Source: a virus
Lineage: Duplodnaviria; Caudoviricetes
IMG/VR virus record: IMGVR_UViG_3300048011_000299
Location: 1 to 54,049 of that record
Length of the DNA: 54,049 nt
Direction: 5' to 3' (one strand)
Of this stretch, positions 43,760 through 52,202 are shown piece by piece. Position numbers and translations under genes: made by a program. Below the pieces are notes generated by a model, which was not told the DNA's origin, ran no database searches, and saw nothing but the letters and a program-made list of their open reading frames with translations. The first letter of the stretch is position 1. Each line of letters starts with the position of its first letter.

Positions 43760-44888
43760 AGCTCCTTACGTGCGGCCGCGAGAGGTAGGTAATGGTTGGG
43801 TGTACGACATCAGGCCTACCGCTGAAGTTCTAGAGGCTTTTCCGCATCTGAATGTTAAACCACGGGAGAACTACACCTGTATAAGAGATGCCAATGCCCG
43901 TGGCTATGAAATCAAGCGTCTGTTCGAGGCTCACAAAGCCGGTGAAGAGGTAGAGGTCAGGGCAGACAGCCGCTCTGTCGCTGCGCTGGTGGACTACTAC
44001 AAAGACAGCATGGCTTATACAAACATCAAGGCCGCTTCTACCAAGCGGTCCTACGATGGTCATCTCAGTCATGTGCTGCGTGTACACATAGGCGGCAAAC
44101 AGTTTAGCAAGATGTTTGTGTCACAGGTTGACTACGAATACGCACAAAGATTGTGGCTACACATACAGTCTGACGTATCTACACACAAAGCAAACCACAC
44201 ATTCAAGGTGCTGAAGCTGGTCTGGAACGAGGGTTTACGTGCGGGGAAAGTTAAATCTAACCCGTTCTCCTTAGTCAGGATACCCAAGCTACCGGACAGG
44301 CAGGTTATGTGGACCGTCGATCAGATCAAGGGAATGGTGAAGTACTGTGATGAGCAGGGCTATCCAAGCATGGGTACTATGATCGTCATGTGTTATGAGT
44401 TCTGCCAGCGTCCGGTGGATGTACGCACTATGAAGTGGTCTAACATAGATGGGCGTACTGGGGTGTCGAATTTCATCCAGCAAAAGACCGGCAAGCAGAT
44501 GTCCATAAAGGTAACCAACGCCGTTCAGGACAGGTTACATCTACATCAGCACCGTAACTCAGACGATTACATCTTCGCATACGAAAATACTGGGCGTCCA
44601 TACACGCAGGATCGCTGTAATAAGTTCTTTCGTAAGCTGGCTGACGGTTACGGGCTACCTGAAGTGCCTATACACGGTCAGTTCAATAAAGATGGCAGTC
44701 AGATGTATTCTACCATCTGGTTAGCTGACTTACGACGAACTGGGATAACCCATGCCAGTCAGTCTGGCTGCTCAGACAGAGAGCTAATGGCTCTATCAGG
44801 CCACAAGAACCCTCAGATGCTGGTTGTATACGCAGTAGAGGGCGAGATTGAATCTACCAACGCTAATATAAAACGAGGACTATTATAA
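43752..44888 (+). CDS. int: Tyrosine recombinase (phage integrase)
   Basis: QRPVD (R), QQKTG (K), DLRRT (R), SGHK..VY (H, Y); NPF core-binding motif; AAGGAG RBS before MAKAP. Confidence 0.88.
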   Translation: MAKAPYVRPREVGNGWVYDIRPTAEVLEAFPHLNVKPRENYTCIRDANARGYEIKRLFEAHKAGEEVEVRADSRSVAALVDYYKDSMAYTNIKAASTKRSYDGHLSHVLRVHIGGKQFSKMFVSQVDYEYAQRLWLHIQSDVSTHKANHTFKVLKLVWNEGLRAGKVKSNPFSLVRIPKLPDRQVMWTVDQIKGMVKYCDEQGYPSMGTMIVMCYEFCQRPVDVRTMKWSNIDGRTGVSNFIQQKTGKQMSIKVTNAVQDRLHLHQHRNSDDYIFAYENTGRPYTQDRCNKFFRKLADGYGLPEVPIHGQFNKDGSQMYSTIWLADLRRTGITHASQSGCSDRELMALSGHKNPQMLVVYAVEGEIESTNANIKRGLL

Positions 44889-45632
44889 ATGGATCACGAA
44901 CAAATTACTGTTCAGTATGTACGGCACTCAGGTGATGATCTCTCAGTCGTAGATGCGGCTAGAGTGAGCTATGACTCTAAGAGTGAGGCTCTGGGATACT
45001 CTGGTAAAGAGAGTGGCCCTATAGTGCCTGAGTTACACGACAGAGATAAGAAGCTCATCCGGTATCTGGCTGATCATAAGCACTACTCACCATTTAACCA
45101 TGCCTTCGTCACTTTCAGGTGTACCGCACCGTTGTTCTCTATGGCTCAACTCAAGAAGAGCGAGTACATGCCTTGGAATGAGATAAGCCGCCGTTACGTG
45201 GACAGTGAGCCTGAGTTCTACTGGCCGAATGAATGGAGAGGCCGTCCTCGAAAGGGTAACTCTAAGCAGGGCAGCGAGGGCCACATCACTATCTCCGACG
45301 ATATCATAGAGGATTCCTATGATGGTGCTATGCTCAGTTACCGGACGCTACTGGAAGTAGGTGTAGCTCCAGAGATGGCTCGCATGGTTCTGCCGCAGTC
45401 TATGTTATCGTCTTGGATATGGAGTGGTAGTCTAAAAGCCATCAGTAAGATGTGCAGCCTACGGTGTGCCTCTGACACGCAGTATGAGAGCCGTGTAGTA
45501 GCCAATCAAATCAGCGACATAATGCGAGGGCTGTTCCCAGTTAGCTGGGCTGCGCTGATGGGAGAGGCTTACCCGTACATACGTCCAATGAGCGACGATG
45601 AGAGGCAGCGAGCTAAGGAGAAGGCGGCGTGA
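44889..45632 (+). CDS. thyX: Flavin-dependent thymidylate synthase
   Basis: DLSVVDAARVSY, HKHYSPFNH, WNEISRRYV, APEMARMVLPQS, LRCASDTQYE. Confidence 0.9.
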   Translation: MDHEQITVQYVRHSGDDLSVVDAARVSYDSKSEALGYSGKESGPIVPELHDRDKKLIRYLADHKHYSPFNHAFVTFRCTAPLFSMAQLKKSEYMPWNEISRRYVDSEPEFYWPNEWRGRPRKGNSKQGSEGHITISDDIIEDSYDGAMLSYRTLLEVGVAPEMARMVLPQSMLSSWIWSGSLKAISKMCSLRCASDTQYESRVVANQISDIMRGLFPVSWAALMGEAYPYIRPMSDDERQRAKEKAA

Positions 45633-45799
45633 AGAATACAGGTAACATCAACGGCGCAATCAAGGCGTCTGCCGTAGTCGCATTTCTCATAGCTGGGCTA
45701 CCGATACTGATTGCTATGACTTATGACGAGTTCCCGCGCTACTGTAAGCAGACGATCCTTCTGCCATGCTTAGGGGGTGGTGATGAAAAAGACAGATAA
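45629..45799 (+). CDS. Small membrane protein (56 aa, not in the ORF track)
   Basis: GTGA overlap; AAGGAG RBS; SAVVAFLIAGLPILIAM transmembrane segment. Confidence 0.55.
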   Translation: MKNTGNINGAIKASAVVAFLIAGLPILIAMTYDEFPRYCKQTILLPCLGGGDEKDR

Positions 45800-45986
45800 A
45801 AAGCAGTACGCAATAACGTACTTGCATTATGTACTCGCAGTTCGCGGCACAATTAAAGAAGCTGCGGCGTATGCTAAACAGGCAGAAAAGGATAGGGAGA
45901 TATTGAGTGACATGAGCCAGAGAGATTTCTTAGGTCATGCCTCTGATTATATATCTATCTCAGATGTCACTGGTCAGGATGTGTAA
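45783..45986 (+). CDS. Hypothetical protein (67 aa)
   Basis: Overlapping ORF with GGGGGT RBS. Confidence 0.5.
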   Translation: MKKTDKKQYAITYLHYVLAVRGTIKEAAAYAKQAEKDREILSDMSQRDFLGHASDYISISDVTGQDV

Positions 45987-46129
45987 TGATTAAGCTATGT
46001 TACTACTGCTCACGTACCCACCAGCTACTGGCTCACAAGACTATCCATAAGTCGGTGGCTGAACAGGAAATGAGTTATATCAACGGCTCTGACTTCTACA
46101 TTCGTTTGGAATCACTGGACGGATACTGA
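45986..46129 (+). CDS. Hypothetical protein (47 aa, not in the ORF track)
   Basis: TAATG overlap; AGGA RBS. Confidence 0.45.
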   Translation: MIKLCYYCSRTHQLLAHKTIHKSVAEQEMSYINGSDFYIRLESLDGY

Positions 46130-46221
46130 TCACAGTGGCAAAAATGGCAGACTGCCACTCTGTAATCTGCCATGCCACTTTACCCATGTCAGAGGCATTT
46201 TATTGTTTAATATCAGTAATT

Positions 46222-46264
46222 TGGCTCCGGCGGTAGGGATCGAACCTACGACCAATTGATTAAC
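46222..46264 (-). mobile_element. attP core: 3' half of a tRNA-Asn(GTT)
   Basis: Minus strand GTTAATCAATTGGTCGTAGGTTCGATCCCTACCGCCGGAGCCA, i.e. anticodon through T-arm to CCA; 5' half absent; intergenic and near int. Confidence 0.85.
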
Positions 46265-46350
46265 CGTACCCATTGATTTCATTGGATAATTCGGGATACC
46301 TACAAAATGCCTGTTAACACTAATTGTTTTTATATGCGCCTAATTAAGTG

Positions 46351-46378
46351 TTGACAGATTCGAATAACTGTATAAGCT
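46351..46378 (+). promoter_or_regulatory. Promoter of the replication operon
   Basis: TTGACA-16 nt-TAAGCT followed by a hairpin at 46383-46402. Confidence 0.6.
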
Positions 46379-46442
46379 GACGCTGTCTCTTTGGAGAGGC
46401 AGAATACCAAACCAACTACCAACCAATGACTAAGAGTGACCA

Positions 46443-47210
46443 ATGACCTACCTCGAACAACTAGAAGTCATAAAGGCTATCCCTATACGGGAAGGAGACA
46501 CTAAAGTAATCCAGTGTCCTTTCTGTGGTGGCTTAAAGAAGCTGTCTGTTTCTAAAGTAGACGGCCAACTGAAGTGGTATTGCTTTAGAGCAAGCTGTAA
46601 TGGCAAAGGCATATACCAAGGCAAGAGAAGTCTACAGGCAGCTAAGAATTATCTAGCAGATGCTGTACAGCAAAAGACTAGAGAGCCGAAGCCTATTCCT
46701 TCGATCACTACTCCAGCCCGTAATCACCAGCCAGCACTCGACTATCTAGATCAGAACAATAGCCTAGAGGCTTACGAAGCTGGATACATAGATGTTCGCT
46801 ATGCACCCGCAGAGGATAGAGTACTATTCTGCACAGACACAGGCGCTGTAGGTAGATCACTAAAGAAGTATGGACCTAAGTGGCTTTCTTACGGAGTGCT
46901 GGAAGAGGGCATACACGTAGGAAATGGATCAACAGCCGTGCTTGTAGAGGATACACCATCAGCCTGTTCTGTAAGCAGAGTAGACGGCTTAGTAGGCGTT
47001 GCTTTGCTGGGAACTCGCGTAAGTAGCTGTCTTAAAAAGTCTCTGAACAAATACGATGCTTGCTATTTGGTCCTTGACAAGGATGCTTCGTCTAAGTCTA
47101 TAAAGATAGGTAGGAGTATAGATAAAAGCTTACTGATTAGGTTTACTTCTGAAGATTTAAAGAACCTATCAGTTAACCAGCTTGTAGAGGTGTTAAGTAA
47201 TGAATTGTAA
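46443..47210 (+). CDS. DNA primase (zinc finger plus TOPRIM)
   Basis: CPFCGG..WYCFRASC; VLVED..SA; VALLGT; LDKDA. Confidence 0.85.
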   Translation: MTYLEQLEVIKAIPIREGDTKVIQCPFCGGLKKLSVSKVDGQLKWYCFRASCNGKGIYQGKRSLQAAKNYLADAVQQKTREPKPIPSITTPARNHQPALDYLDQNNSLEAYEAGYIDVRYAPAEDRVLFCTDTGAVGRSLKKYGPKWLSYGVLEEGIHVGNGSTAVLVEDTPSACSVSRVDGLVGVALLGTRVSSCLKKSLNKYDACYLVLDKDASSKSIKIGRSIDKSLLIRFTSEDLKNLSVNQLVEVLSNEL

Positions 47211-47418
47211 AAAATTTGACTTTATGAGGTCACTTCATATAGGCCTTGTGACACATCACTGGACAGGTTCTTATCTTAGAAAGAATTACGGCGCTCACTA
47301 CAGAAAATATCTCCGCATACTTAGTAAGAAAGTTCTCAGAACTACTTCTGATTGGGCGGGGATAGATGTTTGGTGCAGCCCAATAGTTCCCTTAGCCCCG
47401 CCCCAGCCCTCAACATAA
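47200..47418 (+). CDS. Possible small basic ORF (72 aa)
   Basis: Overlaps the primase stop; GAGGT RBS; no recognisable family. Confidence 0.35.
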   Translation: MNCKKFDFMRSLHIGLVTHHWTGSYLRKNYGAHYRKYLRILSKKVLRTTSDWAGIDVWCSPIVPLAPPQPST

Positions 47419-47506
47419 TTACCAGAATAAATTATGAAGGGGCCATTGTGGTCATTATATTCGTCTACGAAACCAGTACAGACGTTAAAGCAAAGGGAAT
47501 GGTAAA

Positions 47507-47713
47507 ATGAAAGCCAGAGGCATAGCGATTATTGACATGTCAATTGATGGGGGCTTCAAGGAAGCCGCCGCAGAAGAAGTAGCATTGGAAAAACTGATAG
47601 CAGATTACTGCAAGGGCAATCCACGCATAGTACACTATCAAGTTGAGCTTAGGGAGCGTAGGGGTGAACCCGGAGCCGTTGATCTGAATAAGATGAAGTT
47701 CAGAGCTAACTAA
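47507..47713 (+). CDS. Hypothetical protein (68 aa)
   Basis: ORF followed by a terminator. Confidence 0.65.
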   Translation: MKARGIAIIDMSIDGGFKEAAAEEVALEKLIADYCKGNPRIVHYQVELRERRGEPGAVDLNKMKFRAN

Positions 47714-47738
47714 TTAAAACTAAACGAAAAAGAAATTT

Positions 47739-47766
47739 AGCCCTCACTTCGGTGGGGGCTTTTTTT
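47739..47766 (+). terminator. Intrinsic terminator
   Basis: agccctcac-TTCG-gtgggggct then a T tract. Confidence 0.85.
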
Positions 47767-47825
47767 ATTCTATTGGCTGTGCTAAGATAACATCTTATTA
47801 ATACGTTAACAGCCAAGAGAGTTAA

Positions 47826-49040
47826 ATGGACCAATCATTACTTAAAAGCTGCCTCAGTAATTCGTTCTATTCTGAAAACAAGGCAAAGCTAAGACCCTCA
47901 CTTTTTGATGACACACTAAAAGAAGTCTACACCACCATCGTATCAATGCATGATACATTTGATAAAGACCTCACCCCGCTAGAACTATTTAGTTACTGGA
48001 AGGCCAACAACCCCACTAGTACCGGTGCGTGGACAGCCGACATTCAAGACTTAATCAATTCAGTATCCAATGCCGAAGAGATAGATGATGTAGTAGCTGT
48101 CGATGTAATTGAAAACCTATGGCGTCAGCACATAGGCCTCGACATAGCCACCCTTGGCATAAAAATGTCTGAGGGCGATGCCTCTGCAATGGACCTACTA
48201 AAGTCTCTTCTAGACCGTGTCTCTGAAGGTTACATGCCTGATGACTTTGCTAACGAAGTAACTGATGACATCGATGAACTACTGGCCGTTGTCAGTAATG
48301 ATAACCGCTTCAAGTTCAACATCGACACACTCTCTAGAGAGGTCTACGGAATTGGTAGAGGCGAGTTTGGTGTCATAGCTGCCTACTCAAATGTGGGTAA
48401 GACTGCGTTTGCTATTAGTCTGTGTGCTGCACCGGCAGGTTTCTGCGCCCAAGGTGCTAGAGTAGGTTACATAGCCAACGAAGAGATTGGTAAGCGTACC
48501 AAGTTACGTGCGGTACAAGCGTATACCGGCATGACCAAAGATGAGATTGCTTTTGACTCTCGCGGAGCCGCTGCCCGTTATGCAGGTATTAAAGAGAGGC
48601 TGACCTTTGTCGATGCTCAAGGCTGGGATATCCAGATGCTTGAGGCTTACCTAAATAAGAAGAAGTTCGATGTGGTCATCGTCGATATGGCCGACAAGAT
48701 TGCACTCACTCAGCAATTTAACTCTGGGCATGAACGCCTGAGAGAACTCTACTACCGTCTACGTGAGGCCGCTAAGAAGTTTGACTGCGCCATACTAGGG
48801 CTATCACAAGCATCCGCTGAAGCTGAAGGCAAGACCCGTATTACTATGTCTATGATGGAAGGCAGTAAGCTGGGCAAGGCGGCTGAGAGTGATGTCATGC
48901 TTGGCATAGGCCGAATGAATGATCCTGATAATCCTGATGACCCTAGTCGCTGGATCACCGTGATGAAGAATAAGATCAGTGGCTGGCACGGCACAGTTCT
49001 CTGTAACCTGAACTCACAGACCTCTCGCTATGAAGTGTGA
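47826..49040 (+). CDS. SF4 (DnaB-like) replicative helicase
   Basis: AYSNVGKT Walker A, ANEE, VIVDMAD, LSQAS, SKLGKAAESD, KNKISG. Confidence 0.9.
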   Translation: MDQSLLKSCLSNSFYSENKAKLRPSLFDDTLKEVYTTIVSMHDTFDKDLTPLELFSYWKANNPTSTGAWTADIQDLINSVSNAEEIDDVVAVDVIENLWRQHIGLDIATLGIKMSEGDASAMDLLKSLLDRVSEGYMPDDFANEVTDDIDELLAVVSNDNRFKFNIDTLSREVYGIGRGEFGVIAAYSNVGKTAFAISLCAAPAGFCAQGARVGYIANEEIGKRTKLRAVQAYTGMTKDEIAFDSRGAAARYAGIKERLTFVDAQGWDIQMLEAYLNKKKFDVVIVDMADKIALTQQFNSGHERLRELYYRLREAAKKFDCAILGLSQASAEAEGKTRITMSMMEGSKLGKAAESDVMLGIGRMNDPDNPDDPSRWITVMKNKISGWHGTVLCNLNSQTSRYEV

Positions 49041-49176
49041 TGATCTGCCGCCGCACCTTGCGCTGCTTCTGGAAGAAGTTGGCGTAATTAACCCCAAACC
49101 TGAGCCGCAGCCTGTAGTGCGTGACCTCTCATTTAAACGTCCCGAGTTGGATGAGAATGGGGAGCCACCGTGGTGA
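49030..49176 (+). CDS. Small protein ending in DENGEPPW (48 aa, not in the ORF track)
   Basis: Bridges the helicase stop and the polymerase start. Confidence 0.5.
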   Translation: MKCDDLPPHLALLLEEVGVINPKPEPQPVVRDLSFKRPELDENGEPPW

Positions 49177-51332
49177 AATGGCTTGTATTGGATTTAGAGA
49201 CAACGGTTCAGCGAATAGATGGCCGAATAGATAACAGCCCTAAAAACCCTGACAACAGGTGTGTGTCTGCTCACTACGGCTGGCTTGGGTTGGAGACTGT
49301 AGATGAGGTTCACACAGACCTGTGGCATCACAAAGAACTACACTCTCCTGATGGGATAGACCGCCTGAAGCAGCACCTCGCTGAAGCAGACGGCATGATA
49401 TGCCACAACGTGAAGTTCGATGCTGAGTGGCTTCTGGAGATGGGCTTTGAATTGCCGCCTATCGTCAGAGACACGATGATAACAGAGTACCTGTTAGCCA
49501 AAGGACAGCGTAGGCTGCTTAGTCTGAAGGAGAGCGCTCTACGGCGTAAGACTGAGAGCTTAAAGAAGTCTGACCTAGTCGATGAGCTATTTAAAGGCGG
49601 CACATGCTTTTCTGAGATGCCGTTGGATGTAGTAGTCGAGTATGCAGAGGCTGACGTTAAGGCCTGTGGTGAGTTGTATATAGCCCAGCAAGACATCTTA
49701 GCCCGTGAGCATAATCTCAGCCTGAAGAAGGTCATTCCCTTTATGAATGAGATGCTGTTGTTTCTCTGCGAGATAGAGATGAACGGGGTCAAGATCGATA
49801 GGGATGCTCTGGCAGAGGTTGAGGCACAGTTTACCGAAGAGAAGGCCGCTCTAGAGATAGACCTGAAGCGTATTGTCGAACAGGTGATGGGTGACACGCC
49901 TATTAATCTAAATTCTGGTGATGATATGACCAGAGTGATCTACTCGCGGGAAGTCATCGACAAGGCCATACACAAGCAGACGTTTAATATAGGAACCAAT
50001 GAAGCCGGTAAGTCACTAAGACCACCTTTTGAGTTCATCAAGTATCCTAATAAGTTTGTGGACGCAGTACGGACCACAACCAGAGTTGTTATGAAGCAGT
50101 CTGCCTCGCAGTGTCCTGACTGTGGCGGCTCCGGTACTATCCAGAAGTACAAGGTCAAAACTAAGACTAAGTTAGGTAAGAAGTATCGTGTGCAGGGTGA
50201 GCCTTATAAGAATAGGTCACGGTGTGCTGTCTGTAATGGCGTAGGAGCGATATACACCTCGACAGGCGTAGTTGCTGGCCTAAAGATGGCTCCTAGTACA
50301 GCCTACGATGCCAGCATCGGCGGGTTTAAGTCTGACAAGGTTACTATACAGCGTCTGATTGAACAGGCAGATCGCAAGGATAATTCTACAGCCGTAGAGT
50401 TCCTGACTAAGCTGTCACGACTAAGTGCGGTCTCTGTTTATCTGGATAGCTTTGTGGCTGGTATTAAGAGGGGTACTCGCGCAAGCGGGTTTCTACATGC
50501 CAACTTCAATCAGTGCATTGCTGCTACGGGTAGACTGTCGAGTGGCGGCGGTATGTCATTGAACTTACAGAACCAGCCTAAGAGAGGTTTTCCTGTTCGT
50601 AAGTGCTTTGTCAGTCGGTTCCCAAACGGTTTACTTTTAGAGTCGGACTACTCAGCCCTTGAATTTCGTACCGCGTGTGAGTTGTCGAGAGACAGTCAAG
50701 GCTTGGCAGACGTACTAGAAGGGAAGGACATACACAGGCAGACTGCAAGTATCTGTCTACAGAAGCCGCCTAACGAAGTCAGCAAGGATGAGCGTCAGGG
50801 CCATAAGTGGGCCAGCTTCCAGCCACTTTTTGGCGGCACTGGGGCCGGTCAGCCTGATCATATAAAGGCATACTTCAGCCGTTTCTATGAGATATACGAG
50901 GGTATATACGGCTGGCATCAGTCACTAATGAATGGCACCTTAAAAGATGGCACAGTAACCACACCTAGTGGCCGTCAGTATTTCTGGCCGAATGTCACTA
51001 GAACCAAAGCAGACAGAGTATCAAATGCCACTCAGATACTGAATTATCCAGTCCAAGGCTTCAGCGCAGACTTAGTTCAATTAGCCTGTATAAGAGCATT
51101 TAGACTGTTTAAGGAGAGAAAACTACAATCAAAACTGATACTTACGGTACACGACAGTTTAGTGTGCGATACACATCCTGATGAGGTAGATCAGGTCAGA
51201 GAAGTTCTTACAGAGGCCATGACTAAGGTCAGCGAAGAGTCAAAAGAGCGGTTTGGCTACTCCCTTGTTGTGCCGCTCGACATAGAAATAAGTCGCGGTA
51301 AAAACTGGCTAGATCAGGAAGAATATGTTTGA
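49170..51332 (+). CDS. polA: Family A DNA polymerase with 3'-5' exonuclease and DnaJ-type zinc-finger insertion
   Basis: LDLETT, HNVKFD, ATGRLSS, DYSALEFR, NYPVQG, TVHDS; CPDCGGSG and CAVCNGVG. Confidence 0.95.
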   Translation: MVKWLVLDLETTVQRIDGRIDNSPKNPDNRCVSAHYGWLGLETVDEVHTDLWHHKELHSPDGIDRLKQHLAEADGMICHNVKFDAEWLLEMGFELPPIVRDTMITEYLLAKGQRRLLSLKESALRRKTESLKKSDLVDELFKGGTCFSEMPLDVVVEYAEADVKACGELYIAQQDILAREHNLSLKKVIPFMNEMLLFLCEIEMNGVKIDRDALAEVEAQFTEEKAALEIDLKRIVEQVMGDTPINLNSGDDMTRVIYSREVIDKAIHKQTFNIGTNEAGKSLRPPFEFIKYPNKFVDAVRTTTRVVMKQSASQCPDCGGSGTIQKYKVKTKTKLGKKYRVQGEPYKNRSRCAVCNGVGAIYTSTGVVAGLKMAPSTAYDASIGGFKSDKVTIQRLIEQADRKDNSTAVEFLTKLSRLSAVSVYLDSFVAGIKRGTRASGFLHANFNQCIAATGRLSSGGGMSLNLQNQPKRGFPVRKCFVSRFPNGLLLESDYSALEFRTACELSRDSQGLADVLEGKDIHRQTASICLQKPPNEVSKDERQGHKWASFQPLFGGTGAGQPDHIKAYFSRFYEIYEGIYGWHQSLMNGTLKDGTVTTPSGRQYFWPNVTRTKADRVSNATQILNYPVQGFSADLVQLACIRAFRLFKERKLQSKLILTVHDSLVCDTHPDEVDQVREVLTEAMTKVSEESKERFGYSLVVPLDIEISRGKNWLDQEEYV

Positions 51333-51357
51333 TTACCGCGCTTAACTAATGTATAAT
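51329..51357 (+). promoter_or_regulatory. Sigma70-type promoter
   Basis: TTGATT-17 nt-TATAAT. Confidence 0.65.
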
Positions 51358-51383
51358 GTAAGTTCACTTTTAAGGAAATAAGT

Positions 51384-52202
51384 ATGACTGACTTAGTATT
51401 ACAAGATAACAGCTTAACGATTGAAGAAATTAGCGCACAATTGGGTGCTGCCTCTACATCATCAGGGCCGTCAATCCCTGCCGTAGGGATGAATTATGAT
51501 GGTGAAATGGGTCCAATGGGCGCATTCTATTTAAAGACCGGACAAGACCAAGTCTACGCCACAGAGAACGTAAGGTTCAGGGCATTTAGTAATCACATCC
51601 AGTACCAGCACTGGGGTGATGACGGTCTAGTAAACAAATCCTTACTAGTGAAAAATCAACGCGAGGAAGCCCGTGATCAATTGGGCGGCATTATGTGTGG
51701 GATGCCTACTTATGAGCAGTCTATTCAAATGTCTCCTCAAGAGAAGGAAAAGTACAAGGACATTGACCGTTACCGTATTATTAGAGGCATAATTAATTAC
51801 ACAGGCAAGACATCGGATGGCCGTGAGGTCACTATCGAAAACCAGCCTTGCCTCATGTCTTTAAAGCGTAAGAACTACGGACCGTTCTACCACGATGTGA
51901 TGAAGAAGATGCCCCGTGGCATGAACCTCTGGGATTTCGAAAACATTCTGTCCAAAGACACACAAACAAACTCATACGGTAAGAAATACTACGTCATGCA
52001 CTTTGCTCCGCAGTTCGGTAGTCCAATTCCAATGGATCAACTTACTTACGACAGTCTGGCTCATGTCAGTGGTTTAATTACTGCTGAGAATAAGCGTATC
52101 GAGGAAGCCTATAAAGAAGCCAGTATGCAAGCAGTTGATGAGGCTGAAGCTGCTCGAATTATGGATGAGGTAAATCCCTTAGAAGCGGATTACCGCGTAT
52201 AA
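51384..52202 (+). CDS. Putative single-stranded DNA-binding / replication protein (272 aa)
   Basis: Position after polA; own promoter; acidic C-terminus; family not firmly recognised. Confidence 0.45.
   Translation: MTDLVLQDNSLTIEEISAQLGAASTSSGPSIPAVGMNYDGEMGPMGAFYLKTGQDQVYATENVRFRAFSNHIQYQHWGDDGLVNKSLLVKNQREEARDQLGGIMCGMPTYEQSIQMSPQEKEKYKDIDRYRIIRGIINYTGKTSDGREVTIENQPCLMSLKRKNYGPFYHDVMKKMPRGMNLWDFENILSKDTQTNSYGKKYYVMHFAPQFGSPIPMDQLTYDSLAHVSGLITAENKRIEEAYKEASMQAVDEAEAARIMDEVNPLEADYRV

Noticed and set aside
46222-46300. Complete tRNA-Asn gene
   Set aside because: Only anticodon to CCA is present; the upstream sequence cannot form a D-arm or the 5' acceptor strand, so it is called as attP.
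49328-49897. 189-aa minus-strand ORF and similar antisense ORFs (e.g. 4954-5448, 19494-19976, 37508-38005)
   Set aside because: Shadow frames opposite well-supported genes, with no RBS or recognisable motif.
49170-51332. Modified-base (e.g. Z-genome) system suggested by the motif B change plus MazG
   Set aside because: No purZ, datZ or other base-modification genes are recognisable in an apparently complete genome.
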